Assembly (NCBI GenBank): GCA_028534125.1
Contig: CM052818.1
Coordinates: 26,414,001-26,478,000 of the forward strand
DNA: 64,000 bases
Reading direction: 5' to 3'
Source of the DNA: Lama glama
Lineage: Eukaryota
Position 1 is the stretch's first letter. The number at the start of each line of letters is the position of its first letter. Shown in pieces: positions 1-13,375 of the stretch. The position numbers and the translations under genes were made by a program. The notes under the pieces are model-generated. The model searched no databases. It had not been told where the DNA came from and was given only the letters and a program-made list of their open reading frames with translations.

Positions 1-439
1 GTATTCTGTGTTAAAATGCTGCAGAGAAAGTCATGTGGAAGAATGGGAAGAATTTTATGAAGTGGTGTAGAGCACCATGAGATCCATTTTATAACGACTG
101 TGCTGCATTTAATTATCTTCTATTTTTACTTTAAAAATCCGATGGTGAATTCACTTCCACTGGCTTCTAGAGAGGGTCAGTAATCTTCATCCTCTGAAGG
201 TCAACCAAATTTCCTTCATGGGAAGCAGATTGATATGGGTGATAGATTTTAAAAATCTGTCCAAATCAAAGCTACTGTGCAGAATAGAGTTAATATTTCA
301 GAGACTCATCATGCAGACAGAAATGTCTGCCATATATCAAAACTAGTGAGGCTGAAGTGAAGTGGGCATCATGATCACCATAAATTGATTACTGGAGTAA
401 GTCATAAGGCGTGTGGGTGATTCATTGCCAAAAGATCAC

Positions 440-590
440 TGGGAAAATAGCTTTGAGTTCTGGGGAGGGAAAGACCAAGGATGGCTCCACGGAAGAGCAG
501 GACCTAAATAGGGCCTCAAGGGACTGGTAAGATATTTTAGGGAGAAGGGGTATACTCAGGAGGAAGAAGATTTTGAACAAAGAAAAGGAT
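440..590 (-). mobile_element. Degraded L2 LINE fragment
   Basis: Purine-rich text resembling the antisense L2 3' region (gg..ctcca.ggaagag..ggcctcaaggga..ggtaaga..caggaggaag..aacaaag); heavily diverged. Confidence 0.35.
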
Positions 591-3329
591 ATACTACACC
601 CTAGTAGAGTTTCTACTCAAAATGGTCCAGAAACAGGGATTGAAGTAGAAAATGGTCAGTTCTAGGCCAGAAATGATTGAGCCCATGCCTGAGAGGACTC
701 TCCCCATGGACTAAGAAAAGACTGGCATCTTAGACTGCTGAACAGGTGGTTCCCAGGGTTAGAAATTTGTATACCATAAGCCACCATCCTGTGAAAGCTC
801 CTGCCAGCCAGTGCCTACACTGTAACCTGAAGGCAGACAGTAAGGCTGTCAGTTGTTAGGGAAAGTCATTTATGATGATGAAAAAAATGAAAGGGGCTAT
901 GTTTCTCCTGAAACAGCACCAGGTGTAGTGAGTTCATAGTCCCATCCCTGGACTGAACACACTTGGGCAGCTATCCCACCAGCAGTACCTCGGGGAGTTT
1001 CCTCACGCCCCCTTTCAACCCATCATTTCCCAGGCTGGGTTGTAATTTCTGATTGAGCAGCCCCAGGATTAAGGAAGAAAGTGCCTAGGTAAACAGTGAA
1101 CTTCCAATGTCACTGAACAGTCTGAGCTGAGTAGGAAAACCAATTAAATGGAGCAGACGTAAACAGCCCCTGGAATGCTCTCAAACTCCCTGAAGTCCAA
1201 ACTCACAAAATTGAGGCCCAGAGATGGAGATCAGACTTCCAAAGTCTGGTTTCCTGTCTAAGGACCTGCATGCTCCCAGTGGTGACTTCTGGGCTGCCCA
1301 CCCCTCAGAGAAGACCAAGTTCTATCCTAAAATGAGCCCTTATCCTATAAGGTACATCAGGAAAATGGTCATCTCAGCACAGTGCCAAGTCACCAACATT
1401 TACACTGCAAATACCCACAGTGAGAAGTGGAAAGATCCTTCCATTACGTTTGGGTCTGGAACAAAGAGACCCTTGAGGTACTGCTTCCATGGAAAATTCC
1501 ATCTTTAATAGGAGTCACAAGAAATGTGTATAAAATCCCCAAAGGATGTCCCCATACCCATGACCAGCCTTGTTTATAAGTGAAATAGGCAGAACCTGAG
1601 TGACCCTAGAAAGATAAAATTGCTCAAAATGATTTCTCCCCTGTGTAGCTGCCCCAGGGTTGGAACATCTACCAATGGGTTCCTTTGGATAAGGCATTAT
1701 GCTAGGCATGGAGTCCCCTTAAAATACCCCCAGGAATATCAGCATCTTAGAGCCATCAACAACAGGATGTGAACTCACTGAACAGATATCTATCCTAGGA
1801 GCACACACCTCTAGCAACTGGACTAGGGCAAGGGAGACACAGAGAGTAAGCGAGACCCCAAAAAACATGAAGAGCGAGTTCATGGAATGCATTATTTTGC
1901 CTGGGATCCCAAAAAAGAGGGAGGTAGGGAGACAGGCTTTTCCAAAAGATTTACCTGTTACCAAATGTGGCCTTCACCAGAGGAGATAATAAAGGTTATT
2001 ATTGGTTAGTGTTTCTGGTCCTGGAGGAGTAAATGTGAACATTGCAATTAAATCTAATTTTGAATCAACATAAATTAGACAGTGCAGAAGAAGATTAATA
2101 TAAAGCTCTCAGTGACTGACATGGTTCCATTCACCCTACAGGCCACCAGGTATAAAGGCATTAATGCCTTGACGCCAAATGTTGATATTTCTAAATCACT
2201 GTCTAACCTTCCCTCTGCCTCCCCCTCCCCAGCCTTTAATAATGGCATTTTAGTGATGTGGTTTCCTAGAGAAGATTATGCTTTAATACTGAAGTATCCT
2301 TTACAGTAGTTTTTCTGCATTCTAAGGTAAACTATTAGCAATGCCCCAGAAACACATGAGACTTTGAAAAGCCTGAAACAGCACTAAAATTACATATTGA
2401 ATTTTTCAGAGTAAGCAGTAACGTTCAGAAATATCTCTATAAAGTAAGCAGAGATGTTGTTAAAAGTGGGGGAAGAACATTGCTAATTATCTTCTAACCC
2501 CTCCTCTCATTGCAAGAAAATGAACTGGGTTGTGATCTGAAACAAGAAGCAAAACATTTGCGTGCTCTGGCCTCATATTTTTCACCATAAATGGCAAGAA
2601 GGAAGAGCAGATGAACACAATCTTAGATGTTAGATTAGTATCCACTAAAGTTCCATCCTCAAAGTGGACCATGGGTCCTGTGACCAAATAAAGCACTGTT
2701 TGTGAAGATTCACTCTGCAGTAACCCCCTTCTTTAAAAAAAAAAAAAAAAGTGATGCCTTCACCGGTGATTAAAATTGCTAATTTTCAACATAGTTGGCT
2801 CTCTGGACCTCATAAGCACATTGAAAATTGATCAGGTGCTTTAGGCAATCCATAGGAAAAAACTGTATCATGACAGAACACAGAAGAGGGGCAGACCCTG
2901 TTGTGTAAGAGAGGGGAAACTGAGTCTTACTACCCAAGACCCCAACCTGAAGATTGCTCTAACCAGAAGGAAACAAAATACTGCCAAGTGAAACGGCTTC
3001 CAGGAGTGAGATGCTACTCCTCTTAACCAGCCATGAAATAGGAATGCACAGAAGATGCATTCCTTTTTTCCCACCCCGATCATCCAAGCATTCCCTCCCC
3101 AGGGAGACACCTCAGCTTCCCAGCCTAAAGCACCCCCTTCGGGTCCTAGGAGAAGGCCCATGGCAGAGGACAAAGCCAGATGACTGGAGGATGGTTTGAG
3201 GGTGTGTGATCCTGCCTGGACATGCCTGAGAAAGGTATCATTGGGACTCTTGCCCTTTTAGCAAGGCCTCCCCTCATAGGCTGACTCCACTTATTAAAAC
3301 ACTGAATGACAGTTTATGAACAATATACC

Positions 3330-3808
3330 TGTGGTAGGCGGAATAATGACCCACAAAGATACCAGGTCCTAGTCCTGGTATCTGAAAATGTTACCTTATT
3401 TGGAAAAAGAATCTTTACAGATTGATTAAGTTAAGGATCTTGAAATGGGCAATTATCCTGGATTATCCAGATGGTTCCTAAATGCAGTCTCAATTGTCCT
3501 TATGAGAGAGAGGTCAAGGAAAATTTGATACACAGAAGAGGCGGAAACAAAGTGACCACAGGGGCAGAGATGTGGCCGCAAGTTAGGGAATGCTATTGGG
3601 CACCAAAAGCTGGAAGAGGGAAGGAACAGGTTCTGCCTTAGAGCTCAGAGCTTCTGGAGGGAGTGCAGTCCTGCTGACAGCTTGATTTCAGCCCAGTGAT
3701 GCTGATTTTGGATTTCTGTTCTGTAGATCTGTGAGAGAATAAATTACTGTTGTTTTAAGCCACCAAGTTTTCAGTAGTTTGTTAAAGCAGTCATAGGAAA
3801 CTAATGTA
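3330..3808 (+). mobile_element. ERVL-MaLR solo LTR (MLT1C/MLT1D-like)
   Basis: Starts tgtggtaggcggaataatg; contains gttaccttatttggaaaaag, aagctggaagagg.aaggaa and tgagagaataaatt..tgttgttttaagccaccaagt; 5-bp TSD atacc at 3325-3329 and 3809-3813. Confidence 0.85.
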
Positions 3809-3863
3809 ATACCCAAGCACTGGAGAGAATGAAGACAAATGGAGTATGTTAAAAGCAGAGAGT

Positions 3864-4302
3864 ATTATGGGCTGAATTGTGATGCCCTAAAATGCATATG
3901 TTGAAGCTCTAACACCCTCCTCCACCATGTGACTGTATTTGGAGATGGCACCTTTAAAGAGGTAATTAAGGTTAAATGAGGTCGCAAAGTGGACCCTAAT
4001 CCAATAGGATTTGTGGACTTAGAAGAGGATGAGAGAAAACTCTCTCCCTGTCTCCTTCCCTCTCCTCCCCTCCTTTCTCTCCCTCCCTCTCTCTCTCCCC
4101 TACCCCAACCTCTTTCTCCATACACATACACAGAAAAAAGGCCATGTGAGGACACAGCAAGAGGGTGCCATCTGCAAGCCACGGAGAGAAACCTCAGGAG
4201 AAACCAGCCTCACTGGCACCCTCAGAACTGTGAGAAAATAAATTTCTGTGGTTTAAACCATACAGTATGTGGTATTTTGTTATGGCAGCCCAAGCTGTTA
4301 AC
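3864..4302 (+). mobile_element. ERVL-MaLR solo LTR (MLT1A/MLT1B-like)
   Basis: ttatgggctgaattgt..catatgttgaag..gtgactgtatttggagat..gaggtaattaaggttaaatgagg; ends tgagaaaataaatttctgtggtttaa..ttgttatggcagccc. Confidence 0.85.
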
Positions 4303-4945
4303 AAAGAAGACCCCCTTTAAGAGTGAGGTTCTTCAAGGAGATAAAGTCAGGATGACCCCCCCCCTCCCTGGACATCAGTCTCCCTACTAAGATGAAGAAT
4401 CTACACTGATTCAGTGGTGCTCTAGCTGGTGGCGAGGAAGGGGAAAACATTCTAGGCAGATTAGCAGGAGCAAACTCCAGCCCTGCATTAACAGTTCCAG
4501 AAAACACACCCTACAAGTGTACAAGAGAAGATGCTTTCATGGGCCACATGTTCAAATGGGGTAACACAGTGTCTAATCAGACACACGTGTGATGTCTTGG
4601 CCCATGGGGGCCAAGTCAGCTACCTTCAGGAGGGTCACTGTCACTCACAATTGAATGCTGCTGGTGTAACACAAGTTAAGTGTGTGCATGGTGGGCAGAC
4701 CTGGGAGAGATGGAGGGAAAGAAAGGATTTAAAACACGTTGCGAGGCTTGTTTCCAGCCCCAGATAGCATTTGATGTGGGCAGGGGCCAGATTATCCCTG
4801 TCATTCAGACAACAACAAAAGGGAAGTGGAGAAGACAGCAGAGGGGCTTTGAGTGATTGCTAGGAAGATAATTCCTCAGTAGCTCTTTGCCTCAGAAGGG
4901 TTCCTTTCCACACAAATGCCCAGCAAAGTTAAAAAGGTCTTCCCA

Positions 4946-5997
<1,052 letters not shown>

Positions 5998-6789
5998 AAA
6001 TAGGCCTTCACAGTATGCAAGGGCAAATCAAAGAAGAAGCAAGAGGGTTCACTGAGACCCGGGAGTGATGCGAGGGGCACAGTAAATACCCTTCAGGAAG
6101 CTGACTGGCAAGGACAGGAGATGGCCAGTGTGCCAGAGGTGGAGCCCTGCAGGGTGGTCCTTCCCACCTCATGGCTCACAAAGGAAATGGAGACATCTGA
6201 AGACACTCTCAGGTACGAGAGGGTTGCTTCAGCTCATGCAGATCCCCACCTCCACCTGCCCCAGCTGCCCTTATAAGGCATCTGACACCCAACAGTTGGG
6301 TTGTGGGAACTCCCACTCCGAGTACCAGTTGTCATACTGGCCCCCTGGCTACCTATGGGACCACACTGGGCTCTTCACAGGACTCAAGAGTCTTGAGACT
6401 CACATGTGGTTAAGAGAAAATGTGATTCTAGAGGGGATACCAAACATGGCACAGGTGAGGCCTGACTGCCAGATGTCAGGGGCAGGCAGCATGGGCACAG
6501 TGAGGCCCTCACCAGTGACAGTGGATAGGTAGCACCCAGGACAAGGAGCCTGGGAGGCCCAGGAGACATCTGGTGAGTTGGGAAAGAGATCTAAACAACA
6601 AATATCTTCTGTCCAACAGGAGGAGCAGAACTGAGACTGACTCTGACCATCCATGCCCAAAACTGTCTGCAGTGCTGTGGACTCCTGGAGAACTTGGACA
6701 CAGACTGTACTCAAGTCTCTTCCCTGGGAAGCCAAACAGCTCTCCTCGAACCCTTGACTCATCTCATGACCTTGAGAGAGTAGATGACA

Positions 6790-7600
6790 AGCATGTCCCC
6801 GGTCCCTCAACTCGTGGTCCCTGAGCCACGGTCCTTTGGCTTCCAACACCACTCACTCCACTGAAGCTATACTCAACAGAGTCCAAATGAACTCTCTGTT
6901 CCTAAAGTTGCAGGTGTCTCCTGTCCCATCCCGCTTCCTTCTCTGTAGCATTTGACTCCCCTGAGCACTGCTTGTTCTCTCACACCCTCCTTCCTCCCTG
7001 ACTACCCCACCTGGGTCCCTCCTGGTTCCTCTTCCTCTACGTGCCCTGTCGCTATTGTGTACCCAGGGGTCATCCTTGTCCTCCTCTTGGCCCCTCAGTT
7101 TGGTTGCATAGCTTCAACTACCAGAGATGTACTGAGGATTCCCAGATCTATATTTCCTGCCCAAATTCTAACTCCTGGGCTTCATACCTGAATATGCAAC
7201 CAAGGACTGCACACTTCTACTTGTTCGTCCTGCGGGAACCCCCAATTCACCATATTCCAAACAGAGCTCACCATCACCAGTAATATGCTTCCACTCTCCT
7301 CCTCCTCTCCTAGTGAGACACCACCATCCAGCCAGCCAGCTCTCCAAGACAAAACCTAGGAATTGACTCCCCACCACAACCTCTCCTTCCACCCTCTTAA
7401 AGTCCTCATATCCAGCCTCTTTTTTTCCCACTGCCACTGACTTTCAGATCCTCGTCATTCCTTGCTTCTATTACAGCAACAAATTCCTAACGATTTCCCT
7501 GTCTTCAGTGTGACCATTTTGTTTCATTTTGTTGGTGGTGGATTTTTTAAAAGGTTTCAATCCTATTAAATGAAAGAATGAATGAAAGAATGAATAAGTG
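6790..7600 (+). mobile_element. L2 LINE fragment
   Basis: Pyrimidine-rich L2 ORF2/3' text (tgtagcatttgac, cccagatctatatttcc, aaaacctaggaat..gactc) ending in the aatgaatgaa-type L2 tail at ~7570-7600. Confidence 0.7.
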
Positions 7601-8886
7601 GATAAAAAGTAGACCCTACAATTTATGTTTATCAGAAGAATTTTTTTTCATTAGTCCACAGCTATAAAGTCACAAGAATCTATAAAGTCACAAGAAGTTA
7701 AGATTTCTCAGGAGCCTTAACTGGATGAGAAAAATGCCGTAAATTCTGAAAAGCAATTTTGAGGAAAAGAAAACAAGGTAGAATGCATTTTCCCAACATA
7801 TTCAAAGGATATAGAGACTAATAGGATTGAAACCTTTTTAAAAAATATATACTTGCAAATGTTTCCATGGATCTGGATTGTTTTATATATTTATACATTT
7901 TCATTATTTACCTCATAGAAGAACATAGCCTTATAGAAATTTATTGTTTGCTACAATAAGACAGAGCCATTACAGCAAGCTTTTAAATGCTGCTGGTTTA
8001 AAGAAGGACAAGAATGTGATTTGGAGCCTGTAAGCACTCAGAGTCCTGAACAAGCCTAAACAAACATTTTTAATCAATGTTAGTGCTTTATGAAGTTTTT
8101 AAGCTGCCACTTAAGAGATGCTAATGTACAAGATGGCAAAAAAGAAAAAAGCCTGTCACCTTTACCATACATTATCTAAATGTGCTCAAGCAAATGCATT
8201 TCAAATGCCTACCCTGCTGCTGCATAAACACATAATAGAACAGGAAGTCAGCAGTAACTGATTTTATGTCCTAATTGGTGGCATTGGCTATTTCTAGAAC
8301 AGCCAAATCGTGTCAGGAATAAAGACATAAATTGTAATAACGAAGAGAAACAACATGTGAAAACTGACTGTATTGTCTCCTAGTAGAAAGCAAAAACAGA
8401 TCTTGGCGATGCAGACATTTCTAAATGATATAAAATGTGATTTTAGTTTAGTAGCTTTCTATAGTGAAAATGTACCCATAGTCTTTGAATGACACATAAC
8501 ACTCCATTATCTCATCCAACACTGCAGCTGTCACAAGTTAGAGGACATTTGATCCACAGGCAAGTTAAGATGGAAAGAGCTAAGTTCTAATCACAGACAG
8601 GAGTACACAGCAGGGCATCTAAAAGAATCCCCACTGTGCCATCCTGGGCATCTTGGCATTCTCAGCATACGATGACCAAATTGTCCAGATGCCAGATATG
8701 AGAATGAGGGTAAGTAATCCTGGACTTTCCTTCCTGTATCAAATATGAGGCTCTTTGTTTCGTGAGTTTCATAGTTCCTAAAGCAAAGGACAAATTCTAT
8801 GTAAACATAATGCCTATACATTAAAACAATACATTCGTCAGTTGTGTGTGCATATTCATGGTGTGTTGTGTATGCAGAGAGAGACA

Positions 8887-8913
8887 GTGTGTGTGTGTAT
8901 GTGCGCGCGCGCG
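8887..8913. repeat. (GT)n-(GC)5 alternating purine-pyrimidine microsatellite
   Basis: gtgtgtgtgtgtatgtgcgcgcgcgcg read directly. Confidence 0.9.
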
Positions 8914-9434
8914 GGCGTGACACAGAAAGGCAATGACTGACAGACTGAGTAAGACAGGCCATGATCAAAGAGACAAAGATAAAGGGTGGCAGTATTATGT
9001 ACTTGAAGAGAAGTTGAGGGGTGTACATGTTACAAAGCATAAGCTGATTTTTGAAAAGGAGACAACAAAGAAAGATCAACCTAAATAGAAATCATACAGG
9101 AAAAGCCTGAAAAGAGATAGGAGAAACTACAAACAAAAGCATGAGTGCCTTAATAGCAAAGAAAGTAAGATGACCCCAAGGAGGACTGTCCTTAGGGCGT
9201 GTATCCCTAGGCAAAGACTTTTTGCAGGGTCCTTGCAATTTGACTTTTTAAATGTGTTACAAAATTCATGACCCTGCGTGAGGTATAATGATTTATTGGT
9301 GGAAATGTAGAACAATAAGTAGAAAAGAGGCATTTTCTCATCTGTTTATTGTCCAATGGGTGTGAGTGAAGATTATTTACAGTGCCTAGGCACCATCACT
9401 TCCGGTGCAAGTGCCAGAACTATCTGTGTTCTTT

Positions 9435-9478
9435 TTTTTTTTTAACATTTTATTTATTGACTTATAATCATTTTACAA
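9435..9478 (-). mobile_element. Extremely 5'-truncated young L1 3' tip with poly-A
   Basis: Minus strand reads ttgtaaaatgattataagtcaataaataaaatgttaaaaaaaaa; 15-bp TSD ctatctgtgttcttt (9420-9434) / ctctctgtgttcttt (9479-9493). Confidence 0.8.
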
Positions 9479-10964
9479 CTCTCTGTGTTCTTTATTGTTA
9501 GATATGTTAATTTCACCATTCCCCCTGGGAAAAGAGGCTAATAGTGCCGTTATTACTCACAACATCATGGCTCTTCAGAACATGTTTGTACTGAAACAAT
9601 ATAGATCTGCTTGCCTCTACATTTCCCTAATATTATTTAGGTATTTAATGCTGGTTACGTCACCCATCCTGCCACCCGTGAATCCTAGCTTCCAGTGACT
9701 CTCTCAAAGGTTGTTCCTGGCTTTGTGGATGGAGACCACAAAGGCAAGCTTTACCCAGAGTATAGAGGAAACTATGAATGTTAATTTACTTTCTGATCAT
9801 GTTAAATTCACTGTATGAAATTTTCTAGAATAAACCTAGGCCAGCACATTTTCTGACCATATCTTCTCTTGAACTCCTTTGGGAAATCGATGATTCCTAG
9901 AATGTGATTTGTTCCAACATTGGCAGCACCTCTGCCTTCCACAGACCACCACCAGGGGGAGGGGAGGGAAGAGGCTCGGAGGAGACAAAGATAAGTGCTC
10001 CTATTTGTCCGAGGAATGTTCATCTCTCACTAATGAGGCTTAAAAATGAAGTTCAATGTCAACACATATTTGGAGCCTAGAGAGGGTGTCAATCAGAAGA
10101 GTCTACAGGTATGGCAGAGCAACAGCTCGAAAGCTGCCTGAGGAGAATGTCACAGATCTCTGGAGGGGGATTTGACCAACCTGGTGCCAGTGATGGGAGG
10201 TACACAAAGGAAAGAATGTATGATGCCACTGCTTCCCTAGGGGGCCACAGAACAGAGGCTACCATATACTGGAACATGGAGGGCTAAGAGCTGACAAATG
10301 TGGTAGCCCAAGGGTGGGCAGTGAGCAATGGGTACCCTATAGCCATGAACTTGTCTCCTCTGTGGGAGTCATCAAAATCGGTGTATCTGCACTTGTATGG
10401 TGGCTCAATGTCACAAAATCTCACTAGTGAAGACAGGGCTATCCTGGGGAGCAATTGCTTTTCAGGTCACCCTTCTAAAATCAGGGCCAGGCCAGGGGCC
10501 CCAGAATGATCCCATAGATATGAAGCCTGGAGTCTCTTGGGGCATATGGTCTGGCCATCATGGTGGATGGGGAGTAAAGATCAAAAAACACCCCAAAGGG
10601 GAGAAATGAGGACCAGGGTCCACAAGGATATTGGTCCCAGGACCCTGCCCAGATAACACTGCTACCCTGGGTAGTTGTTCCCGGATATCTGAGGAGAACT
10701 TTGGAAAATGGAGGAAGTCATTCCAAAGAGTGGGAAGCCCTGCAATGCAGGGCTGGGACAGATACACGGGGTCCAGGGGCTGTGCTGATGCCCAGGATGA
10801 CTAGCAGCGTCTGCCACCAGCTGGAAGATCTGTGGAGAAATCTGAGACACGGGGCAGCGCATCAAGATGTCCAACACACAGCTACTAGGTGGTAGAGGCT
10901 GACTTGAACCCAAATATTCTGGCCCCAGGAACTGTGCTCTCTGCTGTGCAAAATACATGAAAAG

Positions 10965-11355
10965 ATTACAGACTTTATATTCAGACAACCCAGCTTTGAA
11001 TCACCACCTTGATAATACCAAGTACTGTGACCTGGGCATCAAGTGGGGATAATGGTAATTACTTCAGAGGACTGTTTTACAAGGATCAGCTAACGGATTC
11101 TTTAGGCAGTCCTTATAGTCTTTGTTATAACTACTCGATTCTACATTAGCATGAAAGGAGCCATAGACAATGCATAAATGACTGGGCGCTGCTGTTGTTC
11201 CAGGAAAACTCTAGACCAAAACAGGCAGTGGGCTGGATTTGGCCATTAATGTTACTTTGACAACTACTTGTTTTGAGTATTAATTCAGATAATGCCAATC
11301 AAAGTTTTATAACAGTAACCCACACTTAATAAACATTCAATAAATATTAGCTGTC
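10965..11355 (+). mobile_element. MIR SINE interrupted by a MER58A-like element
   Basis: tcagacaacccagctttgaatc..tgtgacctgggca..tggggataatggtaattacttcagagg; resumes with gataatg..aataaacattcaataaatattagct. Confidence 0.6.
11100..11265 (+). mobile_element. hAT-Charlie MITE (MER58A-like)
   Basis: aactactcgattct..tagcatgaaaggagccatagacaatgcataaatga..aaaacaggcagtgggctggatttggcc. Confidence 0.75.
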
Positions 11356-11889
11356 ATACCAACAAAATGACTATATTTTAAACTTGTTGGCTTAGGATTC
11401 TTGTGTGCCTGCCACTTTTTTTGTCCCATTATTTTACAGTTACATTGCACATACTTAAGAAAAAATGACAGGTGAAAACATATTTCATTACTTGAGTTCT
11501 TCCGCATTATCATTATTTTTCAAAAGTTCTTTTTAGAGTCATTTTCCATCTGAAAACTATCACTGTCTTTAAAATGTGTGAGTCAAATAAATAAAGTGTA
11601 GGTTTATTATGTATTTAAAATTTTTCTGTTCATTCATATTTCTACTTCAATCATGTAAAATAATGGGAATTTTAGATGCTACAAATCAAATTTTTCTTTG
11701 AAAATTGTATTTCAAGAATACATGTAATGCATTAAAAATCAGCTTTACTATCATTTATTTGTGACTCCCATTACCATTTTATAGTATCATTTATTTGGAA
11801 TTTACCTAGCTCCTTTCTGCACTTCTTTTATGAATAGCATTTCTTATCTTTGGGAGATAATCTCCTCCTCCATTCCATTTATGTGGTTT

Positions 11890-12190
11890 AAAATAGCTAT
11901 CATCAATGTCAACTGGTTTTGGGAGTGAGTACTGGACCCAGGCTATGAGCTGCATGGGTTTGTTGCTCCTGCTGGTCTTATTTCCAGCTGTCAGGAGGAC
12001 ATTTCTCAGACAGAATGGAAGCAATAAGTAGAGAACAGAAGAGGCCAGGGATGGAAGGATGGAGGCTTATTATGGTTGAGTCCTCAATCCCTTTACCCCT
12101 AAAGCCAGCTGCACCCCTATCCTCTTGTGGTTTGGTTGTGAGAGACAGCAAATTCCTCTGCCTAAGCAAGTTTCAGTTATCTTCGACTAT
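11890..12190 (+). mobile_element. Old MaLR LTR fragment (MLT1K/L-like)
   Basis: actggttttgggagtgagta..gacccagg; ends cctaaagccagct..tgtgagagacagcaaattcctctgcctaagcaagttt. Confidence 0.5.
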
Positions 12191-12739
12191 GACATCACCC
12201 TTGGGTGATGTGAATCATCCCCACTGGGCTTATCCCAGGGGGAAACTTTCCCATCTGCCACTCACCAGATGTGTGGCTTTGGCATCATAAAAAGTAACTT
12301 GCAGAGAATAAAGCTCATTCAAGGGCATTTCTTTCATTTGGAAGACCAGATGGAACCGACCAAGTCAAGAAGAGAATTATTTTAAATGACTATGCATGGC
12401 TTTTGTATGTTTTTTTTTTATAACTAATACAATTGGGAACATTCTGTCCAATTAGGAAAGGCGGGGGAGGGGAAAACTCCAAGCTGATATCACTAGGCTG
12501 AGAGAAATTATGGATTATCTTGTAGCAAGTGGCTTATACTCAGGGTTTCATAACAAAACATACTTTTAAGAAAACTTAATTAAAATGTAGCAGCATTTTA
12601 ATTTTTTCCTTCAGTTTTTTGTTTTTGTTTTTTTCCTAGTTCTTTCCTGGTTTCTTGGGATTCATCACGTGGGCATTTGATAAGGAAACAGAGATGGCTA
12701 CACACTGGCACAACGGTCCTAGTTCTCTCTGCATTCTCC

Positions 12740-13108
12740 TGTATTAGTCAACTTGGGCTGCCATAACAAAATACCACAGACTGGGTGGTTTAAACAACAG
12801 AAATTTATTTTTTCATAGTTCTGGAGGCTGGAAGCCTGAGATCAGGGTGCCAGTACAGTCGAGTTCTGATGAGAATACTTCCTGGCTTGCTCCTTGCTAT
12901 GTCCTTACATGGCCAAGAGAAAAAGAAAGCAAGCTGTCTGGTGTCTCTTCCTATAACAGCACTAATTCCACCATGAGAACCCCACCCTCATACCTCATTT
13001 ACATATAATTATCTCCCCAAAAGGCCCTGTCTCCAAATGTCTTCCTGTTGGGTGCTAGGGCTTCAACATATGAATTTATTTGGTGGAGACACAACTCAGT
13101 TCACTGTA
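12740..13108 (-). mobile_element. ERVL-MaLR solo LTR (MLT1A-like)
   Basis: tgtattagtc..gggctgccataacaaaataccacagactgggtggtttaaacaacagaaatttatt..agttctggaggctggaag..gggcttcaacatatgaattt. Confidence 0.85.
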
Positions 13109-13204
13109 CCCCCTTGGCAAATTGCTAACTTTTAGAGATTAACCTATTCGTTGTCCTAAAAGTTGAGAAGAATCAACTGTCTAAAAACATTTTCACCAGC
13201 TATT

Positions 13205-13375
13205 TAGGCAGCAGAGTGTAAGGGAATGAGTAAGTCCTCTTGGAATGAGAATTCTGGGTTCAAGCCCTGCCTTGATTATTTATATAAGTAGGTTGCTTAT
13301 GTTTATTGAGCCCCAATCTGTTAAATTGAGATTGTATGAGTATCTGCTTTACAGGGATGAGCAGAATATAAAATA
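13205..13375 (+). mobile_element. MIR SINE (degraded)
   Basis: ttggaatgagaattctgggttcaagccctgcc..ttgagcccc..tctgttaaattgag. Confidence 0.5.

Noticed and set aside
3865..4390. Cluster of overlapping ORFs
   Set aside because: Inside a MaLR LTR with a CT-rich low-complexity insert.
6128..7437. Several 80-150 aa ORFs on both strands
   Set aside because: Explained by higher GC content and L2-derived sequence; no coherent splice structure or known protein.
8591..9079. 162-aa minus-strand ORF
   Set aside because: Runs through a microsatellite (RARTYTHTLSLS), starts at a non-ATG codon and has no recognisable homology.
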